From an uncultured delta proteobacterium (lineage in GTDB: Bacteria > Myxococcota_A > UBA9160 > SMWR01), in NCBI GenBank assembly GCA_963832165.1, contig CAWHTE010000007.1:608001-672000 (forward strand): 64,000 nucleotides of DNA, given 5' to 3'. The notes under the pieces were generated by a model that worked only from the letters and a program-made list of their open reading frames with translations, made no database searches and was not told the DNA's origin. The position numbers and the translations under genes are program-made. How positions within the stretch are numbered: position 1 is the first letter of the stretch; the number at the start of each line of letters is the position of its first letter. Shown one piece after another: positions 58,941 to 64,000 of this stretch.

Positions 58941-59362
58941 TTGGAAGACTCGCCGCACTTGGATCGAGCCACCGCGCGACGACTGATCGAGCGCCTCAAC
59001 CTCGACGCCGAGCGCATCTCGCGCCGATTCGGTCTGCAGTACCGCTCGATCACCGCGGAGCGGGTCGGTGTGCGCAGCCGCTACGGGGTCTGCTACGCGG
59101 ACGGCGCGATCAAGATCCGCCTGCGACACGCGACCACGGGCCGTCCACTCAAGTACTCGAGCCTCGTGAACACGCTCTGCCACGAGCTGGCGCACTTGCG
59201 GCACTTCAACCACGGGCCGCGCTTCAAGGCCTTCTACTTCGAGATCCTCGACTACGCGCGGGCGCTGGGCATCTATCGCCCCGGACGTCCGCAGGCCCCG
59301 CCCCGGTGGTATTACCGGACCCGCCTCCGCAGCGGGCCGTGCAGCTCAGCCTGTTCGGCTAG
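58941..59362 (+). CDS. WLM/SprT-like zinc metalloprotease; probable frameshift about 59340 (uncorrected ORF ends at 59396)
   Basis: YGVCY, IKIRLR, NTLCHELAHLRHFNHGPRF; alternative frame ends VQLSLFG*. Confidence 0.8.
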
Positions 59363-59385
59363 CGAGGCGCGCCCCGCCTGCCTCG

Positions 59386-59586
59386 TCAGGGAGTGAGCTG
59401 ATCGTACTCTTCGAGGGTGTTCGGACCCTCGTCCACCCGCGCGATCACCTGGTCGCACGCGATCGCCTTGTCGAGGATCTCCCGCACCAGGCCCTCCACG
59501 CTCAGCTCGTCGTACTCGGCCATCGCGTCTTCGAGCGCGGTGTCGGACACCGTGATCTCGAGAGCGACCTTGATCGTGACTGACAT
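59386..59586 (-). CDS. Small acidic hypothetical protein (66 aa)
   Basis: GAGGGA RBS; 16 D/E versus 4 K/R. Confidence 0.65.
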   Translation of the reverse strand: MSVTIKVALEITVSDTALEDAMAEYDELSVEGLVREILDKAIACDQVIARVDEGPNTLEEYDQLTP

Positions 59587-59827
59587 GGACTGGGTTTCCC
59601 TCGTTGCCGGTCGGGCGGCGCCCCAAGCGGGCACCGCCGCAGCGGATCCGCGATCGATTCCGGGAGTTAGGGCGCGAATCTCGAACCTCTCCACGGGCTG
59701 GATGCGGCTGCACCTCGGCGTCGCGCACTAATACGCTAAAGCCTTGAAATTAAAGGACTTTTTGGCCTTAGTCGCGAAAGGATACAACAGCGACCCCCGA
59801 TCAGCCAAGGAAATTTATTGAGATTTC

Positions 59828-60307
59828 CTATCCGGAATCGCCAGTTTGCGGAGCCTCTTCGCGCGCGTGGAGCACCACCAGGGCGATTGTGCCCATCAGT
59901 ACGGCGCTGAAAATTCCCATCGAGATCCCGTGCAGGCGGCGATATTGAGCCGCGGCCTCGATGTTGCCTCCGGGGCCGAACGCGAGATCGCGCAGCGCCT
60001 CGAGCTGCGGGGTCACTCCGAGCTGGGTGGCCAGGCAGAGAAGCGCGAGCACGACCGGTAGCGCGACGAGCAGGCGCCCGCGCCGCAGGACGATCGCGAG
60101 CACCGCGAGGAGCAGGCCCGCCCCGGCGCCGTACCAGTGCAGCACGTCGAGGAGCGGTCGCACGAGGTTCCCCGCCACCTGGGGCGAGGGCAGGACCTGG
60201 AACGCGACCCGCGCGATCACGAGCGCGAACAGCGCCCACGAGCCCATCCAGCCACCCAGGGCGAGCCACAGGGTGCTGCGCAGGGCCACGGCGGAGCCGC
60301 GCACCAT
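59828..60307 (-). CDS. DUF4149/TMEM205-like membrane protein
   Basis: GGWMGS..FA.VIA..AF..LP...AG, YRRLHGIS. Confidence 0.75.
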   Translation of the reverse strand: MVRGSAVALRSTLWLALGGWMGSWALFALVIARVAFQVLPSPQVAGNLVRPLLDVLHWYGAGAGLLLAVLAIVLRRGRLLVALPVVLALLCLATQLGVTPQLEALRDLAFGPGGNIEAAAQYRRLHGISMGIFSAVLMGTIALVVLHAREEAPQTGDSG

Positions 60308-60499
60308 GCTCAGCGCCCCCCAAGCCCGCGCCGGCGCGGGGGGCGTCCCGGCAAGGGCCCGAGAACACGTGCCCGGAGGGGGCTCAGTTGCATGCGCGCG
60401 AAAGTGCACTCCACCCGCAAAAAAACCTCAAGGGCCGGCAACGCGGTTCCGAACAGATGATTGTTCGGGTTGAGCCAGGGGGGGGCAAGACTCGGACGC

Positions 60500-60530
60500 T
60501 TCGCCCCGGCCCATATGGGACCGGGGCGAA
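60500..60530 (-). terminator. Hairpin after thiC
   Basis: TTCGCCCCGG...CCGGGGCGAA 10-bp stem. Confidence 0.55.
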
Positions 60531-60536
60531 ATGCTT

Positions 60537-62331
<1,795 letters not shown>

Positions 62332-62388
62332 GCTGCGAGTCCGAACGTACCAGACCAGCGCATCGTCTGCGTTCGCTAATGTCGCGCC

Positions 62389-62958
62389 GTGCGACGGTCC
62401 CGCTGGCTCTGGCTCGTGTGTTGCGCGCTCGCGGTCGCCGCGTGCGATCGCAACCTCGAGCCGTTCGACCCGAACGAGAAGCCGCGCGAGCCGGACCTCT
62501 CGAAGATCTTCCCCGAAGGCGCTGAGAGCGCCGAGCCCGCGCAGCCCGCGCTCCCGCCCGCGCCGGGTGAGCAGCGCGGCGCTCCGCCGATGCCGACCGA
62601 GGCCGCGGCCGGGGGCTCGCAGGCACCCGTCACGGGCACCGTCGCGCTCGCGCCCGAGTTCGAGGGGCGGACCCCTGCGAACGCGGTGCTGTTCATCATC
62701 GCGCGGCGCGGGGCGGGGCCGCCGCTCGCGGTGAAGCGCGTCGCGGATCCGCGCTTCCCGCACGAGTTCTCGATCGGCCCCGATGACCGCATGATCCAGG
62801 CGATGCCGTTCGCGGGCCCGATCGAGCTCAGCGCGCGGATCGACGGCGATGGCAACGCGACGAGCCGCTCGCCCGGCGACGTGACGGGCAACGCGCAGGG
62901 TGCGCCCGTCGAGCCCGGCGCCACGGGCGTGGTGATCCTGCTCGATACGCCGCTGTAG
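62389..62958 (+). CDS. Lipoprotein with CcmH/CycH C-terminal Ig-like domain
   Basis: VAAC lipobox, [24 protein letters not shown]...GD. Confidence 0.72.
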   Translation: MRRSRWLWLVCCALAVAACDRNLEPFDPNEKPREPDLSKIFPEGAESAEPAQPALPPAPGEQRGAPPMPTEAAAGGSQAPVTGTVALAPEFEGRTPANAVLFIIARRGAGPPLAVKRVADPRFPHEFSIGPDDRMIQAMPFAGPIELSARIDGDGNATSRSPGDVTGNAQGAPVEPGATGVVILLDTPL

Positions 62959-62967
62959 AGTCACGGG

Positions 62968-63888
62968 ATGGTCGAGATCCCGGCTTCCGGTGCCGCCCCG
63001 GGCTGGCTGCGCGCGCGCGATGGGGATCGCGGTGTGCGGATCTGGCTGCGCGAGCCGCTCGGCGCCGCCGATGCGGCGTCGCTCGCGCACTGCGCGAGCG
63101 ACGACGGCGCCTGGCAGGCGCTTCCGAAGATCGGAGAGGTGCGCCGCTCGAGAGTCGCTCGGTTGCAGTTGTCGTGCGGGCCGGTCGTGGTGAAGCGCTA
63201 CCGCGAGCCGCGCGCGTTCCCGGTGTACACGTTCGCGCGGCGCAGCCGGGCCGGGCGCGAGGCGCGCGCGATGGATCTCGTCGCGGCGGCGGTGCCGGAG
63301 CACGCGGTGCGCGTACTCGCGTGGCTCGAGGAGCGCCGCTTCGGATTGGTTCCCCAGTCGTTCCTCGTGACGGCGGAGTTCGAGCAGAGCTTCGACCTGC
63401 GGCGGATCAAGATGCTCGGCGAGCCCGAGCGCCGCGCTGCGGTTCTCGCCGTGCTCGAGTACCTGCCGCGTGTGATCGCGCGGCTGCACGGGCAGCGCGT
63501 GTTCGCGGCGACGCTGCGCGGGAAGAACGTGCTGCTCCAGCCCGCGACCGGGAGGATCGCGCTGATCGATCTGCCCTACGCGCGCCCGGTCGCGCGGCTC
63601 GGCGTGCAGCACCGCGTGCGCGATCTCGCGATCGCCTCGCTCGAGCTCACGCGGTTCCTCGACGGCGAGCAGTGGAAGCTGTTCCTCGCGCGCTACCGAG
63701 CGGCCGCGCGCGATCTCGGCGCGCGCGATGCCGACGGCGTGAACGCAGAGCTCGTGGCCCACGGCGCCGCGCGCGCGGGTCACCGCACGCCGCTCTCGGC
63801 GGCCGCGAAGCGCCTGAAGCGCCGCTTCCGGCACAGCCGGCTCGGCGAATGGGTCACGGGCCACCGCTATGGACCGGAGTCGCACTGA
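62968..63888 (+). CDS. LPS kinase-like protein (Kdo/WaaP/InaA family)
   Basis: VVKRY, RSRAGRE, SFLVT, RLH, KNVLL, LIDL, RDLA. Confidence 0.75.
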   Translation: MVEIPASGAAPGWLRARDGDRGVRIWLREPLGAADAASLAHCASDDGAWQALPKIGEVRRSRVARLQLSCGPVVVKRYREPRAFPVYTFARRSRAGREARAMDLVAAAVPEHAVRVLAWLEERRFGLVPQSFLVTAEFEQSFDLRRIKMLGEPERRAAVLAVLEYLPRVIARLHGQRVFAATLRGKNVLLQPATGRIALIDLPYARPVARLGVQHRVRDLAIASLELTRFLDGEQWKLFLARYRAAARDLGARDADGVNAELVAHGAARAGHRTPLSAAAKRLKRRFRHSRLGEWVTGHRYGPESH

Positions 63889-63889
63889 C

Positions 63890-64000
63890 GTGGCTCTGAA
63901 CGATCGGCAGCTCGAGGTATACGCGGGCGCTCGCCGGCACGAGGAGCGCGCAGCGAGCTACTCCACCAAGTACGACCGCGAGCTCCACAAGCGCATCTCG
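63890..64000 (+). CDS. Partial CDS (5' end), function undetermined
   Basis: GTG right after the previous stop; [37 protein letters not shown] runs off the window. Confidence 0.5.
   Translation, partial: MALNDRQLEVYAGARRHEERAASYSTKYDRELHKRIS

Noticed and set aside
62332..63885. 1191-aa ThiC fusion from the ORF track
   Set aside because: The upstream part is antisense to two real plus-strand genes; ThiC starts near 62331.

Overview
High-GC bacterial chromosomal window. Gene content and repeat style suggest a Myxococcota/deltaproteobacterial-like lineage (inference only). It holds about 65 mostly housekeeping and lipid/CoA-metabolism genes: cimA-like, RluA, thiolase-like, sppA, mddA, an RND pump, thiI, asd, pal, a ThDP enzyme, exonuclease-DinG, ENR/fabG, mrcB, argD, folB, cofG/cofH, a DnaA-like paralog and thiC. 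About 14 single-base frameshifts look like long-read indel errors. I found no rRNA, tRNA, CRISPR array or intact transposase. Most notable observations: (1) a Wss1/WLM-like zinc metalloprotease whose frame-corrected C-terminus is the sliding-clamp motif QLSLF, next to a LON-N protein and a divergent orphan DnaA; (2) a beta-barrel + cupredoxin-like + sensor-HAMP class III cyclase module with guanylyl-cyclase-like specificity residues; (3) GTAG REP palindromes that supply the TAG stop codon of at least 7 reading frames, and a second repeat family inserted in frame in a protein; (4) an adenylate cyclase/HNH chimeric remnant near a perfect CRP-consensus site; (5) a pervasive TANNNT-N6-8-start (leaderless) gene architecture.
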